Of a stretch of DNA of 22,898 bases, positions 1 through 10,267 are shown piece by piece. This DNA is from Chiloscyllium plagiosum (lineage: Eukaryota), in NCBI RefSeq assembly GCF_004010195.1, contig NC_057719.1:19391503-19414400 (forward strand). The letters run 5' to 3'. The notes below the pieces were generated by a model. It did not search any database. It saw nothing but the letters and a program-made list of their open reading frames with translations, and was not told the origin of the DNA. Every line of letters begins with the position of its first letter. Positions within the stretch are counted from its first letter, which is position 1. The translations under genes were made by a program, and so were the position numbers.

Positions 1-721
1 AATATTTTCCATATCTTCAAGAGTAATCAAAAAAAATTTGCTGTTTATGTGGTTCTGCAAAATAATTCAAAAGATTTCTCTGTACACAAGACGTGCTGTA
101 GAAATATAGATCACATTTTTTGAACCACAAACAAACCTTACTGCCCAATAACAGGTTCCTTCATAGATTTTGTTGTGTTTCTGCATGTGGCTTTTGAAGA
201 ATGATATTCTTTTGATCTGCCTGGGCTATTGACATCTCTTCGGTGATGCAGATAAATCAATAGGTGGTGAAATATGTGCAGTCCAACATGCTTTTGAATT
301 TCAGCATCATCCTGGAGTATTTCTTTAAAATATTGCATTTGATTAAATAGTGGCAAGGTAGCAGACAGCCAGCAACAGCAGATTTAATTTAAGGATTGAA
401 ATGACTGATAGTGCATAATAAATTTTGATGCAAAAGTGTACTTACTCTGAATCAATTATAAACATCTGTAGCAATGTTAAATGTGATTCAAATGGATTTC
501 CATGCCTTGGGGTCTCAATGGTGTGCATGTCAAATTGCTACACAAAACTATGTAATTGTTGTACATTTCCACAACTATACAACAGTCCTAGATAATCAAG
601 TTTCTGGGGTAATTTCTGTCCCTGATGTTAGATCATTGGCTTGTTTCAACATTCCATATCCTGTTTAAATTTCAAATGAGTTAAAACTTGGTGTTACAAT
701 TTATTTAAGGAGCTGTGTTTT

Positions 722-850
722 ATTTATGTTCATTCATGGAATATGGACACTGCTATCTTGGCCAGCATTTGTTACCTGCATCTATTTGCCCTTCAGAATG
801 TGGCGGTGAGCTGCCTCTTTAACTGTTGCAGTCCATGTGCTATTGGTCTA
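722..850 (-). mobile_element. Decayed 3' end of an old L2/CR1-group LINE
   Basis: Shares collinear blocks (TCATGG, GGCCAGCATTT, TTGCCCTTCAG, GGTGA.CTGCCT, CCATGTGCT) with the longer copy at 10268-10545. Family assignment is from recall. Confidence 0.65.
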
Positions 851-2367
851 AGTTCCTTTACTGAGATGTTTCACAAGACTTCATGGTTCCAGCCTTCTGA
901 TTTTAATATGGAGCAGAGGAAATCCTTAAAAGCTTCCAATATGTTGTCAACCACCCAGAAAGATCCTAAGGTCTACCCTGTTCGCTCTATTTGAGATGGC
1001 AGTGTTCAAAATGTAAGTGCAGTTTGGTTACAAGTTTCTCCACCTTATAATTGAAGGCTTTGGCTATGGGGTTCAACAATATATTAGCTTTGGTCAGTTG
1101 CCACTCTGCACTGGTTGGATTTGTTACCAATTGCATCCAGTACTGCTCTCTCGCCTTTGGCTATTTCAGCATCATGCAGACTACCTGTGATACCTATTTT
1201 CCTTACATGAAATACTAAAGTTATTCTTTAAGGTGGGTATGTTTTTAACAATGCATTTTTTCTGCCCACAAGGATAACTCAAATTACTTGTAATTGTATA
1301 GTATTGAAAATAAGGGCTATGAGTGGCTATTTAGATTTGATGGACTTGGATACAGTTTTGGATTTGTAGTGCCTCAGGGCAAGGCACAGAGTGTGAGAAG
1401 GGAATTAATCAGAGAGCATATTCCTCAGTCTGCCCTGGTATAGCTTTTTGAGGTTCACACAACTGAAAATTTGCTTGCCCACATTAACTTGGCTTGAAAG
1501 AAGTACACATGTTTTAGAGGAGGGATTGAAAAAAGGAAAATTAAATGGTATTAAAAATAAATTGTCTTGTTGTTCAGCAGCGAAAATACTGATTGAAAAT
1601 TAGACCATGTGCTTTCAGCAATCTCCATATTTTTCTGTTAGAAAAGATTGCAATCTCCTTTATTGTGTTACCGATATGACAAACACCCCAGCCTGTCAAA
1701 CTGAGGTGGCTAAATGTTTATCTGCAAAATATGGCCCCGACTATATTTTGTTCTTCTTCAGATTTGTACAGCTGTATACAGACCTCATGAGAGACTGAGT
1801 CTCACAGCTATCATTACACATGTTTTAATTTGCAGTGGTTTCCTCACAGCTGTACCCTATGTCTTAATGAACACACCAGTCGACCACCACTGTCCTTTCT
1901 GTTACACACAAAAAAAGACTTATTGAATTTAAGTAATTACACTTCTCTACTTGCAGTTGCCAAGCAACCTAAACTCTGAACAATTAGATTTGTGGCCCTC
2001 CCCGAAGACTGCTGGAATATTACCAGCAGTTAAACATCAAGCTGACCCAATAAAGAAAGCCCCAAGTGAATTCACGAGATCAGAAAAAAAATGAAAAGAC
2101 AGCTTTGCTCCACTATAATTGTACATTGGTTTAATTAGTTAGACATGGAATTCTTCCTTTACAGTCCTAGAAGTAGACTATTAACTAGGGTTCAACTGGT
2201 AGTGCTTGATCAGTTGAATATATCTTTAACTATTTCTGCGGCAGTCCCACATTATGCAAGGCCATTGGTCAGGTCAGCAAATACACAGTACTTTGGATTA
2301 AATTGATGTGTGTGCCATGATGTCGTCAACTCAGCAGCAACTGAGACTTCAATCGCTATATACATAA

Positions 2368-2520
2368 TAAGATCAACAGATTCAGCATGGCTTCACCAAG
2401 TGGAGATCATGTCTGACAAATTTGCAAGAATTCTTTGTGGAGGTAAGAAGCAGGATAGATAAAGGGGATGCAGAAGATCTAATATATTTGGATTTTCAGA
2501 GATGTTTGATAACATACCAT
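2368..2520 (+). mobile_element. CR1 LINE RT fragment, 5' piece of an element that continues at ~5767
   Basis: Translates QHGFTKWRSCLTNLQEFFVEVRSRIDKGDAEDLIYLDFQ, matching the CR1 RT motif QHGFxKGRSCLTNLxEFFE...DVIYLDFQKAFDKVPH. Confidence 0.9.
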
Positions 2521-2619
2521 AGGGTGGCACAGTGGCTCAGTGGTTAGCACTTTAGCCCCACAGCACCAGGGATCCAGGTTTGATTCCAGCCTTGGGCAAC
2601 TGTCTGTAGAGTTTGCACA
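2521..2619 (+). mobile_element. HE1-type tRNA-derived SINE, 5' half (interrupted by Rex1)
   Basis: A box TGGCTCAGTGG and B box GGTTTGATTCC. Collinear with the intact copy at 3921-4232 up to GTTTGCACA. Confidence 0.9.
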
Positions 2620-3920
2620 AAGTGCAAATTGAGACTGTTGTGTGATCTGTTTCACAGAGACTTGGCTCACTCCTGCCATACCTGACTGGGCCTTGCAAGC
2701 TGAGGGGTTCTCCATACATCACGTGAACCGCATGATGTCTTTGGGTATGCTTCCTGATCAACACCTCCTGGTCCTCAGATGTGGCAACTCTGACAAGCCA
2801 TTGCTCCCTGGACCTAGAATACCTCACAGCAAAATGCCATCCCTATTACCTCCCACGTGAGTTCACTTCCACCATCCTGACAGCAGTCTACATACCACTC
2901 CAGGTGGATGTGAAGAATGCTCAGGATGAAATTTTCACCGCCACAAACACTGCAGAGATGAAATTCCCTGAGGCTTTATTCATCATGGCCAGCGACTTCA
3001 ACCAAGCTAACCTCAAGTGGGTGCTGCCAAAACACCACCAACACATTGGCCCAGCTGGAGGACCGAACATCCTGGAACACTGGTACACAACCATTCAAGA
3101 TGGCAACTGCTCCGTCCCACGCCCAAACTTCGGAAAATCAGCACTGTGTTCCTCCCAGCCCACAAACAAGAGCTGAAACAGGAGGACACTTCACAGAAAG
3201 AAATACAATGCTGGTCTGAGGCAGCGAAAGAGTGTCTCTGGGACTGCTTGGAGTCGGTGGGCTGGATCATGTTCAAGTACTCAGTGGGAAACCGAGTCAA
3301 GTACACCACCACCATTACAGACTTCATTAACAAATACGTGGAAGACTGCATGCTGAAGAAGTCAATCTGAGTGTGCCGCTATCAGAAATCTTGGATGAAA
3401 CAGGAAATCCACTCCTTGTCAAAGACCAGGCACACAGCATTCATTTCAAATGACCCAGAACAGATCCAGATATAACCTCCGCAAAGCCATCAGAAATGCC
3501 AATAGGTAGTACTCGGACAAAGTTAGAGGTACAAATCAATCTTACTGACTCCTGCAACATGTGGCAAGGCCTAAACAACATAACAGGATACAGAATGAAA
3601 CAGAGCAAGATAATGGACAAAGACACCTCCCTCCCTGATGCACTCAATGCTTTCTATGTTCGGTTCAAGCAGAATGTCAGCAGCACAGTGTTACCTTCAC
3701 AGACAGCCCTAGATGAACATGTTCATCAACATCACCGCTGCAGATCAGTGTGTCAACCCAAGGAAAGCGACAGGTGCAGATAAAGTCCCTGGCTATGCAC
3801 TTAGATCTGTGCAGACCAGCTAGTGGAGATACTCAATGACATCTTCAACCTCTGCCTCCTACAAGTCGAAGTCCACACCTGCTTTAAGAAGACCACCAGT
3901 AACCCTGTACCTATGCCTTA

Positions 3921-4232
3921 CGGCGGCATGGTGGCTCAGTGGTTAGCACTGTAGCCTCACAGCACCAGGGACCCGGGTTCAATTCCAGTCTTGGGCGACT
4001 GTCTGTGTGGAGTTTGCACATTCTCCCCGTGTCTGCATTGGTTTCCGCTGGGTACTCCAGTTTCCTCCCACAGTCCAAAGATGTGCAGGTTAGGTGAATT
4101 GGCCATGCTAAATTGCCCGTAGTGTTAGGTGCATTAGCCAGAGGGAAATAGGTCTAGGTGGGCTACTCTTCGGAGGGTCGGTGTAGACTTGTTGGGCCGA
4201 AGGTCCTGTTTCCACACTGTAGGGAATGTAAT
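3921..4232 (+). mobile_element. Full-length HE1-type SINE inserted in Rex1
   Basis: A box TGGCTCAGTGG, B box GGTTCAATTCC, central domain and CR1-like tail CCTGTTTCCACACTGTAGGG. It splits the Rex1 CLNDY motif. CTTA flanks both ends (3917-3920, 4233-4236). Confidence 0.95.
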
Positions 4233-4952
4233 CTTAATGACTACTGCCCAATGACTCTGATCTCCATAATTGTGAAGTGCTTCAAAAGGATGGTCATGGC
4301 CTACATCAATTCTTGTCTCCCAGCCTACCTCAATCCCCTATTCTTTACCTGCCGATGTAATAGGTCCACAGTGGATGCCATTTCCCCAGCCCTGCACTCA
4401 TCCTTGGAACATCTGGACAAAAAGAACATCTATATCAGACTCCTGCTCATTGACCTCAGCTCCGTCTTTAACACTATTACTCCCTCTAGACTGATCTCAA
4501 AATTCCATGACTTAGGTCTCAGTTCCACTCTCTGCAACTGGATCCTAAGCTTCCTGACCCATGGACTGCAATCAGTGAAGATAGACAATTGCATCTCCTC
4601 CACTATAATACTCAATGTTAAAGCCCCCAAAGGATATAGAAAGGAGATAGAAGGTTTGGTGACATGGTGCAATGATAATAACATCTCTCTCAATGTTGGC
4701 AAAACTAAAGAACTGATCATTGACTTCCGGAAGAAAGGAGAAGAACATGCCCCTATCTGCATCAACGGAGCTGAGGTGGAGTGTTGACAGTGTCAGGTTC
4801 CTATGAATGAAGATAACTGACAATCTGTCCTGGGCTTCCCACATGGATGTGACGATCAAGAAAGCACAAAAACGTTTCTTCTTCCTCAGCTCAAGAAATT
4901 TGGCCTGTCCATAAGAACCCTCACCAATGTTTGCAATGCATACTGTCTAGGT

Positions 4953-5075
4953 GCATAAGCCTGGTATGGCAACTGCCTGTCCAGGACTGTAAGGAACTAC
5001 AGAAGGTTGTGCGCATAAGCCTGGTATGGCAACTGCCTGTCCAGGACTGTAAGGAACTACAGAAGGTTGTGCGCA
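4953..5075 (+). repeat. Perfect 60-bp tandem duplication inside Rex1
   Basis: 4953-5012 is identical to 5013-5072, with a further GCA after the second copy. Confidence 0.97.
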
Positions 5076-5505
5076 CAGCCCAGACCATCTCAGAAGCCAA
5101 CCTCCCATCAGCAGACTCCATTTACACTTATTGTTGCAATGAAAAGGCTACCAACATCATCAAAGACCCATCTCACCCCGGTAATGCTCTCCTTCAATCT
5201 CCTCCATCAGGCAGAAGATACAGAAGCTTGAACACACACACACACACACGTTTGAGAACAGTTTCTTCCTTGCTGTTATTAGACTGGTGAATGGACTCTC
5301 TAATTTCAAATAATGCTGATTTTGCTCATGTTGACCATGCCTACTGCATGTCCTGTGCAGTGTAACCTGTATGCCTTACTCTGTCCAATTTTTTTTTTCA
5401 TGCTAAGATCTGTATGTCCCTGCTTACTGTACTGCTCACAAACAAAGCATATCACTGTAGTTAAGTACATGTGACAATAAATCAAATCAATCAATCAATC
5501 AATCA

Positions 5506-5762
5506 TTCTCCCCATGTCTGCATGGGTTTTCTGCAGGTGCTCTGGTTTCCCCCCACACTCCAAAGATATGCAGGTTATGTGGATTGGCCATGCTAAATTG
5601 CCCATAGTGTCCAGACATATGCAGGCTAGGGGAATTAGCTATGGGAAATGCAGAGTTACAGGAATAGGGTAGGAGGCTGGGTCTGAGTGGGATGCTCTTC
5701 GGAGAGTTGGTGTGAACTTGATGGGCTGAATGGCCTGCTTTCACACTGTAGGGATTCTATTC
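5506..5762 (+). mobile_element. HE1-type SINE, 3' half (joins 2521-2619)
   Basis: Starts TTCTCCCCATGTCTG, where the 5' half stops (the intact copy reads GTTTGCACA-TTCTCCCCGTGTCTG). Ends CACACTGTAGGGATTCTATTCT. Confidence 0.9.
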
Positions 5763-5766
5763 TCTC

Positions 5767-7004
5767 CTTAATAGTTTAAGAACCATGGTGTTGAGCATAG
5801 TATATCAGCATGGAGAGATGATTGGCTAACTATTAGTAGACAGAGAGTTGGGTTAAGCTGGGTATTTTCAGGATGGCAACCTGTATCTAGAAGAGTGCCA
5901 CAGGGATTAGTGTTGGGGGCAATTATTTACAAAATATATAAATGACTTGGATGAGAGAAGTGAATATACTGCAGCCAAGGTAATGGATGACTCAAAAATA
6001 GATGGGAAGATAAGAATCAGAAGAAGGATATCAGGAGGGCAAAAACTTAGCAGATGGAATATAATGGGGAAATTTTGAGATTGTGGCAGAAGGAATAGAG
6101 AAATTGAATTTTTAAAAATATTTTCAATTTAAATAGAAAAAGACTGCAGCATGTTACAGAACAGAAAGATTTGGGCGTCTTAATGAATGAATCACAAAAC
6201 GCGAGTGTTCAAATTCAGCAGATAACAGGTAAGGCAAATTGAATTTGGCCTTTATTTCAAAAGGAATGGAACATAAGTGTAGGGGGTTTTGTTGAAACCA
6301 TTTGTCAGAACACAGCTGGAATATGGTGAAGTGAACTGGGCCCCTTATCTCAGTAAAGAAACACTGGCAATGGGGACAGCCCAGAGAAGGATCACAGGTA
6401 TGGGATGTTGAGTTCATTGGGCCTGTACCCATTGGAATTGAGAAGAAGGAGAGGTGACCTTATTGAAATATACAAGGTTCTTAGAGGACCTGACAGGGTA
6501 GATATGGAAAGGTTGTTTCCCCTTGTGGGAAATTCTAGGACCAGAGGTCATAATCTCAGAGTAAAATGGGTGCCAATTTAAGACAGAGCTGAGGAGGAAT
6601 TGCTCCTCTCAGACAGTGGGGTAAAAACAATGACTGCAGATGCTGGAAACCAGATTCTGGATTAGTGGTGCTGGAAGAGCACAGCAGGCAGCATCCAAGG
6701 AGCTTCGAAATCAAGCTCCTTGGATGCTGCCTGAACTGCTGTGCTCTTCCAACACCACTAATCCAGAATCCTCTCAGACAGTGGTCAATCTGTGGAATTC
6801 TTGACCACAGAGGGCTGTGGAGGCTGGGTTGTGAAGCATATCCAAGGCTGAGAGAGACAGCTTTTTAATCAGTGAGGGAATAAAACCTTATAGGGAAAAG
6901 GCAGAAAAGCGAAGTTGAGAATGATCAGGTCAACCATGATCTAATCGAATGGCACTGCAAACTCAATGGGCTGAATAGCCTACTTCTGCTCCTACGTCTT
7001 ATGG
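5767..7004 (+). mobile_element. CR1 LINE, RT through 3' UTR (continuation of 2368-2520)
   Basis: Degenerate DWL...RQRVG...FSGWQPV..VPQG.VLG, YINDLDE, DDSKI and RRRRGDLIEIYKVLRG; 3' UTR ends GCCTACTTCTGCTCCTACGTCTTATGG. Confidence 0.9.
6620..6770. mobile_element. Fold-back (hairpin) short element with target-site duplication, probably Penelope-related
   Basis: Inverted arms 6653-6705 and 6713-6770. Flanking direct repeat TCCTCTCAGACAGTGG at 6604-6619 and 6769-6784. It interrupts the CR1. Confidence 0.85.
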
Positions 7005-7094
7005 ATTGACATTGGAAGGAAGAACTATTTGTTTTCCAAAGAGCCCTTCATTTTTTTTCAATGTCACTCTATTGATTTTCGAACAACAGTCAGC

Positions 7095-7298
7095 TTTATT
7101 CAGGCCACTGGCTGCTTGTTGGGCAGGCCACAGCACCAAGTCAAATCCGATACGAGATGGGCTGAAATCGGATGGAACCCCGGATCTAGCGTGTAAAGTG
7201 TGAGGTGCAGATGTGATGAGCCAAGTGACATCCGTCTGCACCGTAACAATTCTGGGATTCTCACATTGTGGGGAGACTTGGTCTTGGTCAGAGGGGTT
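7095..7298 (-). other. Candidate terminal exon with poly(A) signal
   Basis: Strong acceptor CTCTCCTCCTCCATCTCCCTACAG with an upstream CTCAC branch-like motif; AATAAA at 7100-7095; locally CpG-richer than background; two open frames. Confidence 0.4.
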
Positions 7299-7616
7299 CT
7301 GTAGGGAGATGGAGGAGGAGAGGGGCTGGTGAGTGAGCCAGAGACGAACGGAATGTCTGATAATGGGAAAGGTTAGTATCGTGGTACTGAATCTCTGTTT
7401 GCGGGGCAGGAGCAGAGCAGATGGTAAGTGTGGAGGGAAAACTGCAGATCCCCTGACACAGAAGCAATATTGTAAAGTCACTTAATGTACTTAATGGAAC
7501 CAAAACTTCTTGGCCTCCTTTCACCTGATAACTTTCCTGAGACCAGGGACATCAGCAGTCTCTGCTAAAATGACAGCAACACAATCTCATTAAAATAACC
7601 ATACTGCCTGTTACAT

Positions 7617-7716
7617 TGTGTAGAAGAGTAATACCGAACGTGAAACATAAACTCTGTCTCTCTCTCTCTGCAGATGCTGCCAGACTTGCTGAGTTTCTCC
7701 AGATTCCTCTCTGTTT
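7617..7716 (+). mobile_element. Decayed Penelope-related short element
   Basis: CTCTGCAGATGCTGCCAGACTTGCTGAGTTTCTCCAG matches the reverse complement of 8428-8460 and resembles the right arm of the 6620-6770 element (GATGCTGCCTGAACTGCTG). Confidence 0.7.
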
Positions 7717-7721
7717 CCTCA

Positions 7722-7910
7722 AATATGGTGGAAGCAGAGACTTTGAACATTTTAAAGTCAGAGATAGCTAAGCCTCTAACATGCAATAAGGGTGAAAGCT
7801 TTTCAGGAGGTGGGTGGGATTGTGGGGTAAGCAGCTTAGCTATGGCCTGATTGAATGGTGGAATCAAAATTAAGGGGCCTACTCCTGCTCCTTATTAGTA
7901 TGTTTGAATG
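7722..7910 (+). mobile_element. Old CR1 3'-end fragment
   Basis: MVEAETLNILKSEIAK resembles the CR1 ORF2 C-terminus; 3' UTR motif GCCTACTCCTGCTCCT as in the copy ending at 7004. Confidence 0.75.
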
Positions 7911-8374
7911 ACATGTTTTTCTCACACAGATTCTGGACTTTACATTGAGTCTATTTTTCACATTGCTCCATGTGGGTAATGAAATGTTACAAAGTTGGTT
8001 TGGTACATATGCTGTAGAGCAGCAGTAAATGATGTGCAACCCAGATACACATGTATACATGTGAATAAATCATTTTGGAATACTATAATAACAATACTAT
8101 AACAATATAACACTGCCTCCTGTGAGTGGGTTCGTCAATCAAACTTACTCCACCTCTGATAACACCAGAGGTCATGGAGTTTGATAAATGTTGAGTACCT
8201 ATTTCAGATTTATAGCTATTTAACCTTTCACCCAAACCAGACCCATACATTTTTGGGTTTATAGTACCCTAGGTTTTCCATCTGATCTTGTGTAAAAATA
8301 TAAAAAGATGGCAAAAAAAAACAAATATAGTCTTGGATTTCCAAGTCACATATTTTGTGCCCATTCCCATTAGA

Positions 8375-8490
8375 AGCAAAATGCTGTGCATGCTGAAAAT
8401 CTGAAGCAAACACAGAAAATGTTGAGGAAACTCAGCAGGTCTGGCAGCATTTGCAGAGAGAAATACAGTTAAGATTTTAAGTCAGGACTA
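8375..8490 (-). mobile_element. Decayed Penelope-related short element
   Basis: GAAACTCAGCAGGTCTGGCAGCATTTGCAGAGAG is the reverse-complement match of 7662-7697. Confidence 0.7.
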
Positions 8491-8691
8491 TTATGAAAGA
8501 TGAACCAGGAGTAACTCCTTTAAACTTTGTTCCAAGGAGGTCCAGGATGCTGAAGTGTTTAACAGCAAGAACTTTATTATGGAGATAGCAAGGTTGGATT
8601 CAGTTGTTCCCACCCAAAGTGGCTGATCACATCATGAATACATCACATGATCAGACTCTTAAAGTGACAGTCCATCATACTTCCAGAAATA

Positions 8692-8939
8692 CAAAAGGTC
8701 ACCAATTTACAAATGTCAGACTTATGAACACTCATACGTATGACAAAGATCCCATTCAGAGATTAGTTTTTGTTCATTATTGATAAACAATATTTATTCT
8801 AACAATCCAATGTGCGAGTGTTTGCTTGTATGTATGAGTGGCTATTTTATATTGTAATGTATTGTGTTCTGACTTGCATGGAAATCACCTTAAAAACATA
8901 ATTTAGAATGGAACCCATTTGTAACCCAGGGACTGCCTT
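8692..8939. mobile_element. Tc1/mariner Tigger-like MITE relic
   Basis: Degenerate terminal inverted repeats (left CAAAAGGTCACCAATTTACAAATG; right, reverse-complemented, AAGGCAGTCCCTGGGTTACAAATG) flanked by TA at 8690-8691 and 8940-8941. Confidence 0.6.
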
Positions 8940-8949
8940 TACACAGCAC

Positions 8950-9090
8950 TTCGCTCCACATGAAAATAGTGCCGTGGGATCATTTATGTTCAGTTGAGAG
9001 AACAGCTGGGAACTTGATGTAACATCTCAGCTTGAACCTCTGACAGCACTCCCACAGCATCTACCCTGCAATGTGTCAGCATAGTACTGA
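8950..9090 (-). mobile_element. Ancient Deu-domain SINE (SacSINE1/AmnSINE-like) fragment
   Basis: AAATAGTGCCGTGGGATC...TGAGAG...TAACATCTCA...CAGCACTCCC...GTGTCAGC follows the Deu-SINE consensus as I recall it; partly collinear with 15808-15870 and 18900-18960. Confidence 0.65.
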
Positions 9091-9492
9091 GTGCAGGGCT
9101 GCACCAGTATGTGCAAAATAAGGAACAATGGGCACCACTATGCTATTTCTTCCATTAAGGGCCTGGAAGACTCTGGGCTGCTCTATAACTGCTGCCTGTG
9201 CCGCTGTGTGAACTGCTGAGATGTGAGTGCAAGACCATGACTTTGTCTCCCAACCTAGGAGCTCCAGGAGACAAAGGTGCTCATTCCCCGGTGCCAGCTG
9301 GAAACTCATTTCAAACAGGGACAGGCACAAACAGTAATTTCAGAAGCAAGAGAGAGGACAAGTGGAGGGTGGGAGATTGGGAAACAAAACAATCATGCAA
9401 ACCCCTGACCCATCACTAATGTACTTTTTCAGAGTCCTCATTAAATATCGCAGCTATTCAACAATAAAAGGAAAACTCTTCTAAGGTGGACA

Positions 9493-9498
9493 TTTATT
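9493..9498 (-). terminator. Poly(A) signal AATAAA for the candidate minus-strand gene
   Basis: About 80 nt after the TAA at 9581-9579, followed by U-rich GTTTTCCTTTTATTGTTG. Confidence 0.45.
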
Positions 9499-9578
9499 TT
9501 TTATACCTCTTTGCCAGCTGTTTTTCTGTCATCCAGATTTAATATGCAGTTGCATGTATTTGCATATTAAAGGTCTAA

Positions 9579-9848
9579 TTAGCTCCTGAGAGCATGTGTG
9601 TGAGAGTAGTAATAATTAGTATGGTGCCCGCTTGGGACCAATCTCTGGTGCATTCCTGTAGAATCCTGTGCTTGTGCTGGTCTCTTGGAGTTAGTAGTGA
9701 CCATGTGCAGTTTGTAGTTGTCTTTGTTCCGAGACGCTGAGGGGCTGTACTGCATATGACTCCATACTTGTACTTTTCGTCTCTTTGAAGTGTCTTGTCT
9801 GATCTCTCTGAATTGCCTGTCATTTAGCCAGATGCGGAAACTTGGGCA
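9579..9848 (-). CDS. Candidate last coding exon, unknown protein
   Basis: TAGCAG acceptor preceded by a T9 tract; phase 0; 89 codons open (CPSFRIWLNDRQFREIRQD...HTHALRS*); in phase with the upstream exon. Confidence 0.45.
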   Translation of the reverse strand, partial: CPSFRIWLNDRQFREIRQDTSKRRKVQVWSHMQYSPSASRNKDNYKLHMVTTNSKRPAQAQDSTGMHQRLVPSGHHTNYYYSHTHALRS

Positions 9849-10008
9849 CTGCTATCATGACAGGTTTAGAAAAAAAAATCCATTTTTACTCCTTACATCA
9901 AGGTCTCAGTTAAGTGACTAATAACAAGCTCGGATCCAGGATATCTATCAAAAATTACTCCTCGCAAAATTTTATGGATTGTTCAAAACACAGTTACCAT
10001 CCACTCAC

Positions 10009-10088
10009 ATCTACGTTTCTGCTGAATTTACAAAAGAGAGGAGCTTTGGTCCCAGTTTTGTTTGAAAGGACACTTTTCACTGTAAAGC
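10009..10088 (-). CDS. Candidate internal exon (80 nt)
   Basis: TGTTCCTGCAG|G acceptor and GAT|GTGAGT donor; phase 1 to 0; (G)FTVKSVLSNKTGTKAPLFCKFSRNVD. Confidence 0.55.
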
Positions 10089-10267
10089 CTGCAGGAACAA
10101 TTGAACAGACTGAGGCCATTTAGCTTCTTAAACCTGAACCTCCTTTCAATGAGATGTCTTTCAGTCCTTAACAAGGCACACCTCATCATCCTTTGTGGTA
10201 CAATTTGTACGTGAACTTCACTGGGCAGCAGTACACAGTCCACATGGTTATAGAATTTAAAAAAATA

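Larger units (their letters stand above)
2620..5505 (+). mobile_element. Rex1/Babar LINE, 5'-truncated, with degenerate APE-RT ORF
   Basis: APE motifs ICFTETWL, CHPYYLPREF...AVYIP and SDFNQANLK; RT motifs LNDY.P..L.SIIVKCFKR, IDLSSVFNTI and [10 protein letters not shown]-terminal LPSGRRYRSL-like motif; AATAAA plus (AATC)n tail at 5476-5504. Many stops and frameshifts. Confidence 0.92.

Noticed and set aside
138..356. 72-aa minus-strand ORF ending at a CA|GTAAGG donor
   Set aside because: No convincing acceptor and no recognisable homology.
959..2094. Plus-strand exon-like pieces (959-1012 KILRSTLFALFEMAVFK; acceptors before 1762 and 1957)
   Set aside because: Splice sites are plausible, but there is no recognisable product and no well-supported chain.
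8491..8680. Possible degenerate solo LTR (TATGA...TCATA ends, minus-strand AATAAA)
   Set aside because: Lacks clean TG...CA termini and a TSD.
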